A stretch of 43,954 nt of DNA, counting the filler, from Jimgerdemannia flammicorona (lineage: Eukaryota), in assembly GCA_003990765.1 (NCBI GenBank). It is 2 parts of 2 records of this genome, joined end to end, with 100 filler letters (N's around TTAATTAATTAA, not from the genome) between each part and the next. Parts side by side here need not be neighbours in the genome. Positions count along the whole stretch, not along the records: positions 1 to 21,929 come from RBNJ01001364.1; 1 more part is not named here. The stretch is one strand, 5' to 3'. The notes beneath the pieces were generated by a model, which saw only the letters and a list, made by a program, of their open reading frames with translations, searched no databases and had not been told where the DNA came from. Below are positions 1-10,653 of the stretch, one piece after another; position 1 is the stretch's first letter; each line of letters starts with the position of its first letter. The translations under genes and the position numbers were made by a program.

Positions 1-284
1 CCACCCCTCAGCGTGTCCGCAAAGCTCCTCCCCTGCTTCCCTCCAGCCCCCCCACCAGTGCCACTTCCACTGCCTGAGCCACTCTGCCCACTCGAGCCAC
101 CGAAGGACCCCATCCCCAAACCATACCCTCTCCCGACAGTCTGCCAGTCGAAGGCCCCAGGTCCACCCAACCTAGTACATGTGTCAGCTTGCTTGCTGGT
201 TGACATTGCCTTAGTATCTTTTCTCCAATAAATGCTTCGAAAGTGTGTTGAAAAGTGTGTGTAACGTGAATTGTAGTGGAGAGA
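1..284 (-). mobile_element. 5' end (5'UTR and ORF1 start) of an L1/Tx1-like LINE, running off the window; inserted into the adjacent Gypsy pol
   Basis: Near-colinear with 20540-20823 and 29850-30124. Minus-strand ATG at 206 gives MSTSKQADTCTRLGGPGAFDWQ...GKQGRSFADTLRG. Confidence 0.9.
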
Positions 285-429
285 GGTTTGCTTGCTTATC
301 ATATTCTATTGATAATCATTTATATATATTCTTCCAGATGTTGGGACATCTTTTACTATCTTAGGTAGGTAATAATTTCATAGTAAAGTTCCTTATTCAC
401 AGTTGATTTGCTGATTGGTGGTCCTTCAA

Positions 430-1750
430 GATTTCTATGAGAGAACATCTGCATTGATATTGGTTCTTCTAGAGTAGTGCACAATGGTTATATCATAAGT
501 ATATAACTTTATAATCCATCTGACATAGATTCCTTTAGATTGTCTGGTGGTCAGCAGTTAGGTAGGAGCAGAGTGGTCTGTCTGAATGGTGAAGTGTCTC
601 TCTATAAGATAGTAGTGAAACTTCTCTATGGCCTAGATAAATGTGAGACATTCCAACTTATAGATTTTATATTCTTTTTCAGCTCCTTAAGTTCCTCAGC
701 TGATATTTGATAACATATTCTACTTTGTCTTTTTTCTATATCATAACTGCTCCTAGTCCTTATATACTTACATCTGTCTGCAAGATGAATTCTTAGGTCC
801 AATTTAGTCTTCTGAGGATAGGTGTTTGGATCAGCCTAATCTTGAGTTCATCAAATACTTTTTATTACCTGTCAGTCTATTGGAACTTGACATCCTGCTT
901 ATTGAGTTTGAAATTTAGGCCTGTGATATTAGAGAATTCTCTAATAAATCTGTAGTAGTATAAGGCAAGTCCCATAAAGGCTTGGGCTTCAGTGATAGTA
1001 GTGGGCCTTAGATATATTACTACTGCTTGAATCTTGAGGAGATCTGTGTATATTCCATATCAGTTGATAATGTAATCTAGATAAAAGAGCAAACTTACAC
1101 TTCTTGGGCTTGATGTAAAGATCATACTTCCTTAGCTTCTCCATTATTTGCTAGATATGCTGTAGATATTCTTCAGCTGTCTGGCTGTAGATAATAATAT
1201 CATTTATATAAACCATCATCTATCTTCCCATATCATAGTAGAAGATTTTGTTCAATATTCTCTGGAAGCTTAATAGTGTATTTTACATTCCAAATAGTAT
1301 TTGCAAATAGATATAGGTTCTGCCTGGGGTGATGAAGACTAATATTTCAGTTACTACTTCAGTGAGGCCAATCTGGTAGAATTCTGAGTATAAATCTAAG
1401 GTACTATAATACAATGCTTCATCTCCTAGAGTTATAAGGAAGTTACTGATGAGGGGCAGTGGTTAGTAATCCTTCTTTATAGCTAGGTTGAGTTTCTTGT
1501 AATCTGTACAGAGTCTTGGGACAAATTCTTCTAGTTTACTTCTTTTTTCAGAACCAATATAACTGGTGAAGTCCAAGGGCTGCTGGCTTCTTTAATGATA
1601 CCAGCTTCTTCCATCTGCTTGATTTCCTCTTTGAGTCATTTATGATAGCCTGGTAGAATTGGTCTTGCTTTTTGGTAAATGGGTTTAGTGTCTCCTATAT
1701 CTATATCATAATAGTAGTATAGAGTCTTTTCCTTGATATCCTTGAAGTCT
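430..1750 (-). pseudogene. pol: Gypsy reverse transcriptase and RNase H domains with many stops
   Basis: SPWTSPVILV, RLCTDYKKLN, LDLYSEFYQI, MVYINDIIIYS, AEKEY...LE, NADVLS on the minus strand. Confidence 0.9.
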
Positions 1751-1897
1751 ATGGCTAGGATATCCTCAAATTCATACAGTATCTTCTTGAGTTTCTTTCT
1801 GAGTGGAAATTCATCTCCAATAGTATAGCTATACTGTTTGTAGTTTCCTCCTTCTTGTAATATAGTTTGGTAATCTTGATACTAGTGAATACTTCAA

Positions 1898-2316
1898 TTC
1901 CAGTAGATCCAAATCCATTCCTTTCTCTTTCTATTTCCTCCAACTTCTTGACTTCTATGATCTTTTACTAAAGATCTAGAAAGATCAATATCTGTACTAA
2001 TTAGTTCTTTTTCTTAATTGGAAATGGAATTGTAGAGTTGTGATTTCTAGCAATGAGTAGTATTTCTCTAATATAGTCTGAATTGATGACTCCTCCTTTG
2101 ATGGTAATATCACTCTTGGCTAGGCTGCTTCTTGTCTTGAGGATTCCAGCATAGTCCTTTGGAATGGTTATTTCCAGACCAGTTATGAGCAGAGTGGTTG
2201 TCTGGGGCTCTAGTACAGTTTTCTCTACTGTAGTAATATCTATTCCAGCTGCATTTTCTGACTTATATTCTGGTAGAACTATATTAGGATGGATTTACTA
2301 AATCTTGAACTTGATT
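1898..2316 (-). pseudogene. dut: dUTPase domain inside Gypsy pol, between protease and RT
   Basis: All five dUTPase motifs are recognisable: AAGIDI, TRSSLA, GGVINSDYIRE, LVQ, ERERNGFGSTG. Confidence 0.9.
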
Positions 2317-2689
2317 TCTTCTTCATCATCACTCTCCTTTAGGAGAGCTAGTGGTTTGTCATCCTCTTTCTCCTTCTTTTCTTATCTTGCTTGTTTCTTG
2401 AGAGGTTTCTCTCTTCTTTCATAGTAGATTTTCATAATTCCACTGATATACATCATCAATATATTTCATGCAGTATATCTTGATTCTATGAGAGCAGACT
2501 CCTTATGATATATATTCTTTAATAATTCTTTTGCACTATTCTTCTTTACTAATCCATCTGACTTTCTTCTTCTTTTTCTGAGTAGTCACTATATAGTCTT
2601 CTTCTTGCTCACTTTCTTCTTCCTCTATTGCAGGCAGTACTTCTTTATTGATATTGATGGAAATTTGCATCTTCTGATCTCAGTAGATA

Positions 2690-4340
2690 ATCTGCATCTT
2701 CTGAACATTGAGGTCAATTATTGCTCTGGCTTTATAAAGCCACTGGTTACTGATGAGGTGTCATAGTTGGTAGTATTGGTTATGATCACATCTACTGAGA
2801 TGGTTGCTCTTTGAAACTTGATGTGAACATCTCAGATCTTTCCCAGAGATGTGTTTCTTATGTTATCTACTGTGATAAATAGCAAATTAATTACATCTTC
2901 AACCTCTCAACCTAGGTGGTCTGCTGCTTTCCAACTGAGAAGACATCCTCCTGCTTTAGTATCAATAATGGCCTCAAAGATTCTATCTCTAATTTGACAG
3001 ATTGCATAGGCAGATGTCTGATGATTATCTTTACTCTCTTCTTCAGAGTCTTTTTGAACATTATTGGCCTCAGTTATCTTCCAAACTTGCTCCTTAGTTG
3101 TCTTGGCAAGTCCATATCTCATTTACTGTCTAAATGTGGGTATTTTTGCCAACTGACCAAAGGTTGCATTGATCTTCTGTTAGCTAAGGTCCTTGAAGAT
3201 ATCATACTTAAAAGCCTTGGTCTTGCAAAGCTTCTTCTTCTTTTCTCCTTTACTAGCTGGAATAGTTTCTTGAATAGTATCTTAAACAGCCTGTTCCAGT
3301 TTCATATCTTGATCTACTTCTTCACCTTGGCTTTCTGTAGCAGTTTCCATCTGTTTTTCTATAGAGTTCTTCTTGAGTCTTCTTAGTAATCTCTTATAGA
3401 GTTATTTATAGATATTCTTCTTAGCAGTCTCTATAGAGTAGGCTTCCCATTCTTCTTCATCTGATTCCCCAATCTTCTCAAAGGTGATGATATTGACCTG
3501 TTTCTTGTTTTGAGTAGTATTACTTGACTGGGCCTTATATTTAGTTTCACTTATATATTCATATAAGTAGTGGCCTTCTTCTCTACAGATATAGCAGATA
3601 ACTCTCTTCTTGTCTGAGTGGGTGGCAAACTTTTGAACCAGGCAGCAGTCTCTTTTTCTAATTTCTTTTACCATATCTCCTAGATGGGCTGTCATTTTGG
3701 CAAACTTCTTAATAAGTTCCTCCATTGAATTACTATTTCTCTGCTACTCAGTAGCTCTTGGCTAAGATGTGTTTCAATTGATCACTAAAGTAGAGATTAT
3801 GCTTATTGCCTTGAGTACTTCAATTCTGACTCTAGTAACTCTTTTTATTGTATAGTCTTATAGATATCTGGCTATCTAGTATTGTTGAGCATAGTTGATC
3901 TTCTGTACTAGATTCAGTACTACTGATGATGAGCAGATAGTCATAGCTATCTCAGAGTGAACTCCTTTCATAAAGGTTACTTCTGCTACTTGATCTTGGA
4001 TAGTATTAGTATAATCAATAAGAATTATCTAATATCAGATTCTGATATAGAATGTGTTTGGATCTTTACTTATTCCTTGATATATTATATTAAGCTGATC
4101 CTTCAGGGCTTGCTTGATCTCATCTATATAATAGGTGGTTCAGAGCCATAGTTTGTAGCTGTAAATACTGCTATTGCTGGTCTTAGATACTGAAGTATAT
4201 GAGAGCTACTTACTGTAATACTGTCAGAGTCCTTACAGCAGCATAATGTTCAAAATTATCAATGAAAGTATTGATTGGTTCATCTGAGGTATATCCATAG
4301 AATACTGATGGTCCTATATCTATCTTGTCTAGATGTCTTA
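2690..4340 (-). pseudogene. gag: Gypsy gag and aspartic protease, degenerate
   Basis: N-terminal PSVFYGYTSDEPINTFIDNFE; CX2CX4HX4(C>Y) knuckle in ORF 3402-3725; protease D-T-(G>K) motif in ORF 2907-3122. Confidence 0.8.
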
Positions 4341-4432
4341 GTTAGATTTGTATATTGTTTATATAGTAGTGATTATTAGTTATTTAGCTTGAAAGTGAGA
4401 GATTTGTCTTAAATCACACTAGCCAATAGAGT

Positions 4433-4825
4433 TATAATATATTAGACTTACAATTGGATACATATATCAGATTTCTGTATCTTAAAAACTTGATCTTCTT
4501 TGACTTCACAGAGTCCTCAGAATGCAGAGATGGGTGAGTTTGAAGTATATCTATCTATAGGCTTACTAGTTCTTTTACTTTCTCTTTACTTAGAACTATT
4601 TTAATCTGAGGTTTATTCACTCTAGATACTGGAGATATATATATAAGTTTGCTAGCTACAAGGTGGCTAAGTTATGGCTATGTTTCCTATAAGTCACTTT
4701 TGACATCTATTAAATCTTTGAAGATTGTCAAAACTTTAATATATGCAAATTTTCAATATTTGCAAATACTTTAATATTTACTAAAACTTTAATGTTTATA
4801 AAATATGACTGCTATTTGGGCTACA
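4433..4825 (-). repeat. Putative 5' LTR of the dUTPase Gypsy element
   Basis: Ends T(G>A)TAAT...GCTACA. Contains a TATA-like tract and AGTGAATAAACCTCAG (4606-4621), shared with two other LTRs in the window. Boundaries are approximate. Confidence 0.55.
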
Positions 4826-4907
4826 CTATATTTGGTAATCAGATTCAGATACTGTGATCAAATGTCTATTCTTCTGATTTATATTCTTAATTTGGATCAA
4901 CCATCAT

Positions 4908-5550
4908 AATATCTAATTAAGACAACTAATTCTTAATGATAATTGATATATATATCTCAGAACTATATAGATTAAGTTCAAATATTTATATTTTAGAAGG
5001 AAAAAAGATTTAGAAAAGAAATGATATAAAACCAGCTCTTATATTAAAGTATATATATAGTAAAAGAGGAGTTGGGGAAAAATAAATATATATATAATAT
5101 GAATATATAATATATATATATAAAGTATATAAAAAGTATTTATATATAAAGAATATATAAAGTATATATATAAAACATATGAGTAAAAACCAAATATAAT
5201 TGAATATTAGTTATATAATGGGTTATTTTCTATTTAATATAAATTAAGAATAAACCAGTATCTAAGATATAGTGTATTCTAGACCTCAATGAGAAGTTTA
5301 TACCCCTTATACTGTATCTGAGATATCTATAATATTACTTATAATTGCTAACAAACTGTCTTATTTAATATATGTATATATAGCTATAATGATAAAAAAA
5401 AAGAATAGAACTTCTATATATTTATCCAATAAAGACAACTAATATTTGTTGATAATTACTATATATATATTCTAGAACTATAAGAATTAAGATTTAAATA
5501 TAAATATTTGGGAAAAAAAAAGATTGAGAAATGAAATATAGTAAAACTTA
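4908..5550. repeat. Two diverged ~130-bp direct repeats in AT-rich DNA (about 4908-5035 and 5421-5550)
   Basis: Both copies read AAGACAACTAAT...GATAATT...TATATATAT...AGAACTATA...ATTAAG...AAAAAAGATT. Confidence 0.6.
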
Positions 5551-6289
5551 TCTAAATGAGAAATTGTAGAGAGAGTATATTACATATGAAGATATTAGAG
5601 TATAGCCTAAGTAAAAAAAAAGATAAAAGGAAAAGTATAAGGAGATAAAAGGAAGAGAAAAAATAGCTAATGATGTAAAGTATATAAATAGAGAGTGAAA
5701 ATTGAGTTATTGATATGTATTATATAGAAAATAAATAGCTAATATTATAAGCCATATAGTAGTCTAGAATTGTAAACTATATAGAGATTGAGCTACTAAT
5801 GTGAGCTATATAAAGACTTAAGACTGGTGATATATACTGTATAGAGATAATTTAAATACTAAAAGAGAGTTAAAAAGAAGATAAGTTGAGTCTAACATTC
5901 ATAAAGTAAGAAAATAGATGAATAGTTAGTAACCTGAGCAGTATGAGAGTAAGTAAGAGTGATATAGAGATAAGAAATACCTATAATAGAACTGTAGATA
6001 TACCTCTTATATATAGTGCTTAATTATTAACTGAAGAGCTAGATTTCATATTTGAATAAGTCAGTGGTAGTAGTATCAGATATTGTATCAATACAGAAGC
6101 TATATTTAGTATAGAGATATGAGTGTAGTCTGATATTAGACAAAAGTAACTATAGATAGTTAATAAGATAGTAATAAGAGAACTAATAGCTAACTATAAG
6201 TATAGAAAAAAATATACTAGTTGCATAGTATAAGAAATATATAAAAGAGAAGATACAAGAGAGAGACTATATAGAGAATACTGAGGTGC

Positions 6290-7408
6290 ACCTTTCTCTA
6301 GTAACTTTCAGGTTACACAACCTTCTGACAACATTTATGATATAGTTTTTGGAGAAATATTTCTAGTAACATGGTAAGCAATGAGTATTTCAAGGTGCAT
6401 GCTAGGCAGAGAGGCCTAAGTGTATTCAATTGGCAGTATGTGAGGAGGGGCCTAAGCTTAGAGGGAAGCATGAGAGGCTTGCTGGTGGACAGATAAGAAA
6501 GGGGAGAGAGTAGTGTTGGAGGGCAGGGGATTTGGAGAGCGAGCTTTGCAGATAAGGTATAGGAGAGTAGCTGGCAACTGGACTGGAGGGCTGGCTGAGG
6601 AGGAGCAATGAGATGGTGAAGAATATGAGACAGTAGTAGCTGGGGGGAGCCTCACTGAGTGGCCAGAGTAGGGGGGCTGGTAGTGTAGTGGCTGAGGGAG
6701 TGACTGCTGATGAGAGTGTGACAGGTGATTTGGAAAAAAATCTAAATAGAACTGCTGATAGTGGACCAAGTTATGGGAAGAGCATGAGGCCCAGTTATCT
6801 GACTGATGGTGTAATAGGACTGGCAGTGGCCCCATTACTCAAGAAGTTGATTTCAGAGTTCATAGTCACTTTGTACTTCTAAGGCTTAGTAGTGAAGGCA
6901 AAAATAGTCCTGGGGCTGATCATAAAGCAGATGAGTGGCATAGCATCTGTTAAGTTCTTGAGGGGCCTAGAAGGAGTGAAGGTAGACTTTAAGGAAACTG
7001 GGCCATTGGGAGATGCATTTAAGGCTGAGTTGACAGTTGGAGAGATATATGTATCAATGATGTACTGTCTGAGGTAGGACCTCAGAGTGGTATAGCTCCT
7101 GGTAAAAGGTATTCCTATGGTGACTACAGTAGAGATAAAGAAGAGAGTAGAGGATATCATGGCTGAGTATAGAGAGGTGATTGATATAGGGTTCAGAGTG
7201 TGGGAAGTAACCTATTTCTGGGCAGGAGATGTTGACATCCAGATTTAGTTGGCAGGAAGGGAGGCTACTAGGAAGGCTCAGGACTGCCCTTCAGTGATAG
7301 TGTGGGGAGTCTTTATATGTAAGGTGATGAGAGTGAAGGGGAGTGAGAAGAAGGAAGAAAATTTGTTAAAGATACTGGAGGTATTGAGTAGTGTGGTAGA
7401 ATGGAGGG
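6290..7408 (+). mobile_element. Diverged L1/Tx1-like LINE 5' part (5'UTR and ORF1), interrupted by a Penelope-like element
   Basis: ORF pieces GLAVAPLLKKLISEF, LGLIIKQMSGIASVKFLRGLEGV and CPSVIVWGVFICKVMRVKGSE match ORF1 of the minus-strand copies. Confidence 0.85.
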
Positions 7409-7465
7409 TTAGGGTGAAGGTTGTGAGGTTTAAGAAAAGATTTGTGCAAGAAATTTGACAGAGTC

Positions 7466-7529
7466 AAGCAATAGCTGTGTTAGATCATGGAAATCTTTTG
7501 AACATCTCTCGTCAGACTTGCTATTGCTT
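7466..7529 (-). ncRNA. Type I hammerhead ribozyme with one core substitution (GAAA>AAAA)
   Basis: Minus strand: AAGCAATAGC-AA-GT-CTGACGA-GA-GATGT-TC-AAAA-GATT-TCCAT-GATC-TA-AC-ACA-GCTATTGCTT. Perfect 10-bp distal stem I, CUGANGA core, short stem II, stem III, CUA cleavage triplet. Confidence 0.8.
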
Positions 7530-7825
7530 AAATACCTTTCACTTGTCTGCTTCAGACTTAGTAATTGGTTTCTGTTTACACAATGTAACACGAAATTAAT
7601 TATGAATGAGAGTGAATTACTTCTTGGGTTTCACAATCGGGTAGCTTTGATCCACTGATCAAATCACATTAAAATAAAATTTTAATTAAGTTGTAATTGT
7701 ATTACTGAGCGATTTTTCTTTTAAGATTAGGGTCAGGTGCATGCTACTGATTAGAATAAAACACACATTGCACAGTGCAGGAAAAGGAAAGATGCAGTGT
7801 GACATTTCATAATCAGTCATGTTTA

Positions 7826-10033
7826 TTATAGGGGTGTTTTGCCCGCCATAGACAACACCTTCTTGTTCTGCTTCTCAACTAGCTTCTTTAAGTTGAGACC
7901 GCGATAAATAACTGGGCTGTACTTCACAGGACAGTGTTGAGACAGAGTATTCATCACTCTGGCAGCCAAAGATAGTGCATGACAATGGTAATAATTACCA
8001 GAATAATTGTGTATATATGGCATAATATTAATCTCACCAAGCTTAGGGTCAGATTCTTCATTATTCGCATGAGAATCCTCCGAAAGCATTCAGGAGCAGT
8101 CTTGATAAGATTCAAGACTCAAAAGATAAGCAATCCGATTCTGTTCAAAGGTACATCATACCAAAAACTGACGGAATTCGGCAATCGCTACTTCATAATT
8201 GTCATATTCTGATGAGTTCCGGATAAGGCAATTATTCTTGCCTCTAAGCCATCCATCGATGTATGCTTGGGGATAATACATATCTGGCATAGAATATATA
8301 TGAAGATTCATATCTTTATCATAATTTCGGAACTGAATTGACCGAGTCTTATCAGCGTTGATTTTTACATATGCTTTAAGATCGCAAAATGTAACTTCAT
8401 CAGCTACATGTTGTGTGAAATAAAAACTAGAGCTCATCGTTTCCAACGATGTTATAACATACTTTGCAGCTTCATCGCCCTTATCCATAATGATAATGAT
8501 GTCATTGATGAATCAGAAGTAAAGTTCCAGCAAAATCCCTCAGTCATCAAGCCTCAGTTCATGAAAGGCCATAAAGAGATTTGCTACATTGGGTGCCGAA
8601 GGCGTTCCCAATGCAATTTCTCAAATTTGTTGATAGGTATGTCCGGCATATTAAATAAATGCAAACTTAAGCACAAAGCACAATACCTTCATGTAATATC
8701 AGTGGGTATGTTCTTTGGAATGATCAAATTGCATAAGAACTACAAATATTTTCCATAGACACTTGTTGATGTTGATGTTAGTATACATTGACTCAATGTC
8801 TGCTCTAGTAACATCATGGATGTGGAAAAGAACTTTCCTTCAACATGATTAATTACATATTTGGAGTCAGGAGCTACCATTCGACACATAGAAATATATG
8901 GTTTCAGATAGGCATCTACAGCTCTCGAAGCATCGCTGGTAATCCAGCTGTGGTTCGGAGAGATAGGTCGTGATTAACAGGAATTTTGTGAAGTTTCAGT
9001 AGAATATAGAATTCCGGAATCTTACATTTCCAAGGGAAGCTTGCCATGACTTCACCTGTTTGAGGGCCAAATACGAGACGTTTCTGTCAAGCTTTTAGGC
9101 TTCGTCAATCAATAACATGAGAGACGTATTTGCCTCAGCGGAATTGAAAGGCTTCTCAATGAACGTCAACATATCAGTGAGGTGACTCAACACTTGTAAG
9201 TCATACAAATCATAATCCATAAGTATAAGACCGAGTCTTTTATCAGCTTCACGAACAATAAGGTAATTATTTCGCATAAAGTCATGTAGATGTTTGATGG
9301 CGTGCAAGTAGCAGTTATGAGGATTTATTTTATTTGCCTTGTCAAAATGGCATACAAAGTTACTCTCCACAACACGAAGACCGAAATCAGCTCGAGTAAT
9401 CAAGCCTTTGTCCCAGCCTTGTTCTTTTGCCCCTTCAAGGACTTCTTGACAGACAGATCGCCAGCTTTGGCGGGCCTGTTCAATGTCAAGATAAGTTTGA
9501 AAATTGAAGTTAAGACCTTTGTTTAACAAGTCAATGATGTCACTCGGAATTTCGGAGACGTGAGAAATATTATTAACAAAAACATTCTTATTTGGAATAT
9601 TTCGGAAACTTACTGTTTCCCATCTTTCGAACCAGACTTCTCTGGCCCTCCTTTGCCTTTGGTCACAGTGTTTTTCGCCTTCTTCAGCGAATCCTTTTTC
9701 GGGGTCAGCTTCTTGTATGGCATGGCTGTCGCCGACACTTTCGATTTGGCCTTCCCTTTCACAGGGCCCATTACCTTCAGCTTGTTTGTTGGCTTTGCAT
9801 TTTCCTTTATCTAAAGACAAGAGAATGTGAGTATCAAGCCAGATAAAAAGCAATTTGATCAGCCCGAAGGCTTCATCAATATGGACATGCAGCATAGTCA
9901 CTCTTACTTTTTTCTCTGGGGCCAGAATGGCCTTGACATACATATTGTGCAATTCGTTAGTGAATTCACTAATGGTATACTCTAGGTGTGCTTTGGTGAG
10001 CTGATAATGCCTGTCATCCTCATGGAATGCCAT
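7826..10033 (-). pseudogene. Penelope-like reverse transcriptase with frameshifts and stops
   Basis: LLNKGLNF; IVREADK; IPEFYILLKLHKIP..RPISPNHSWIT; ADIESMYTNI; EIALGTPSAPNVANLFM; FIND (YIDD site); FCDL; YDKDMNLHIY; ends GLNLKKLVEKQNKKVL with no nuclease domain. Confidence 0.85.
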
Positions 10034-10123
10034 CAGCTTAGGTTCTAATTCTCCCCGAAGAGAGGTGATCAGGCTGTTGAGTTCAGAGTTGCACTCCTTC
10101 CAAACTTATTGTTTGGACGTGAT

Positions 10124-10560
10124 TAGTGCTCCGAACGAGTCAATTCAAATCAAATCCAGATTCGATTTGTCACATGATAGTTTGATTCGAATCTCAAATC
10201 CAAAGCCATCCGGATCAACTCAGATTTAATCTGAATCACCCCATCCGAATCGCCCCATCCGAATCACCCATCTGAACCACCCCAATCCGAATCACTCAAT
10301 CCGAATCACTCAATCCGAATCGCCCCATCCGAATCACCCCATCCAAATCACCCATCCAAATCACCCATCTGAACCACTCCAATCTGAACCACTCAATCTG
10401 AATCACTCAATCCAAATCACTCAATCTGAATCACTCAATCCAAATCACTCAATTCGAATCCTCCAATTCGAATCCTCCAATTCGAATCCTCCAATTCGAA
10501 TCCTTCAATCCGAATCCTCATCTGAATCCTTCAACCGAATCCTCCAATCCAAATCCTCCA
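10124..10560. repeat. Left TIR and subterminal tandem array (units like CCGAATCACTCAAT / CCGAATCACCCCAT)
   Basis: More than 20 short GAATC/AATC-core units, many with CpG>TpG or CpG>CpA variants; typical of transposase-binding arrays. Confidence 0.85.
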
Positions 10561-10653
10561 CATGACTCATATGCCGGATGCATCCACAACACAACACATA
10601 CATACGCATACACACATACGCATACACATGCACACACAAACATGCAAATACAC

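Larger units (their letters stand above)
285..4825 (-). mobile_element. Degenerate Ty3/Gypsy LTR retrotransposon (LTR-gag-PR-dUTPase-RT-RNaseH), cut before integrase by a LINE insertion
   Basis: Decayed motifs in Gypsy order: gag knuckle CYICREEGHYLYEY (~3570-3600), protease AIIDTKAG (~2960), dUTPase, RT ILFG/YIND (~1295, ~1205), RNase H FILQTDVS..GLGAV (~760-790) and QTDHSA (~580). Confidence 0.9.
7409..10123 (-). mobile_element. Penelope-like retroelement, apparently endonuclease-deficient; 5' end cut by the hAT element
   Basis: PLE-type RT motifs, no GIY-YIG motif after the thumb, hammerhead in the 3'UTR, CpG retained relative to the flanks. Confidence 0.85.

Noticed and set aside
5560..6289. 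Possible decayed coding relic in AT-rich DNA (similar zones at 38100-38990 and 42060-43260)
   Set aside because: Too mutated to assign any motif by eye.
8210..8240. CTGATGAG hammerhead-like core on the plus strand
   Set aside because: No properly placed GAAA or stems; lies antisense within RT coding sequence.
10230..10560. Regular short repeats that might suggest a CRISPR array
   Set aside because: No unique spacers, eukaryotic context, and adjacent to a TIR; these are hAT subterminal repeats.
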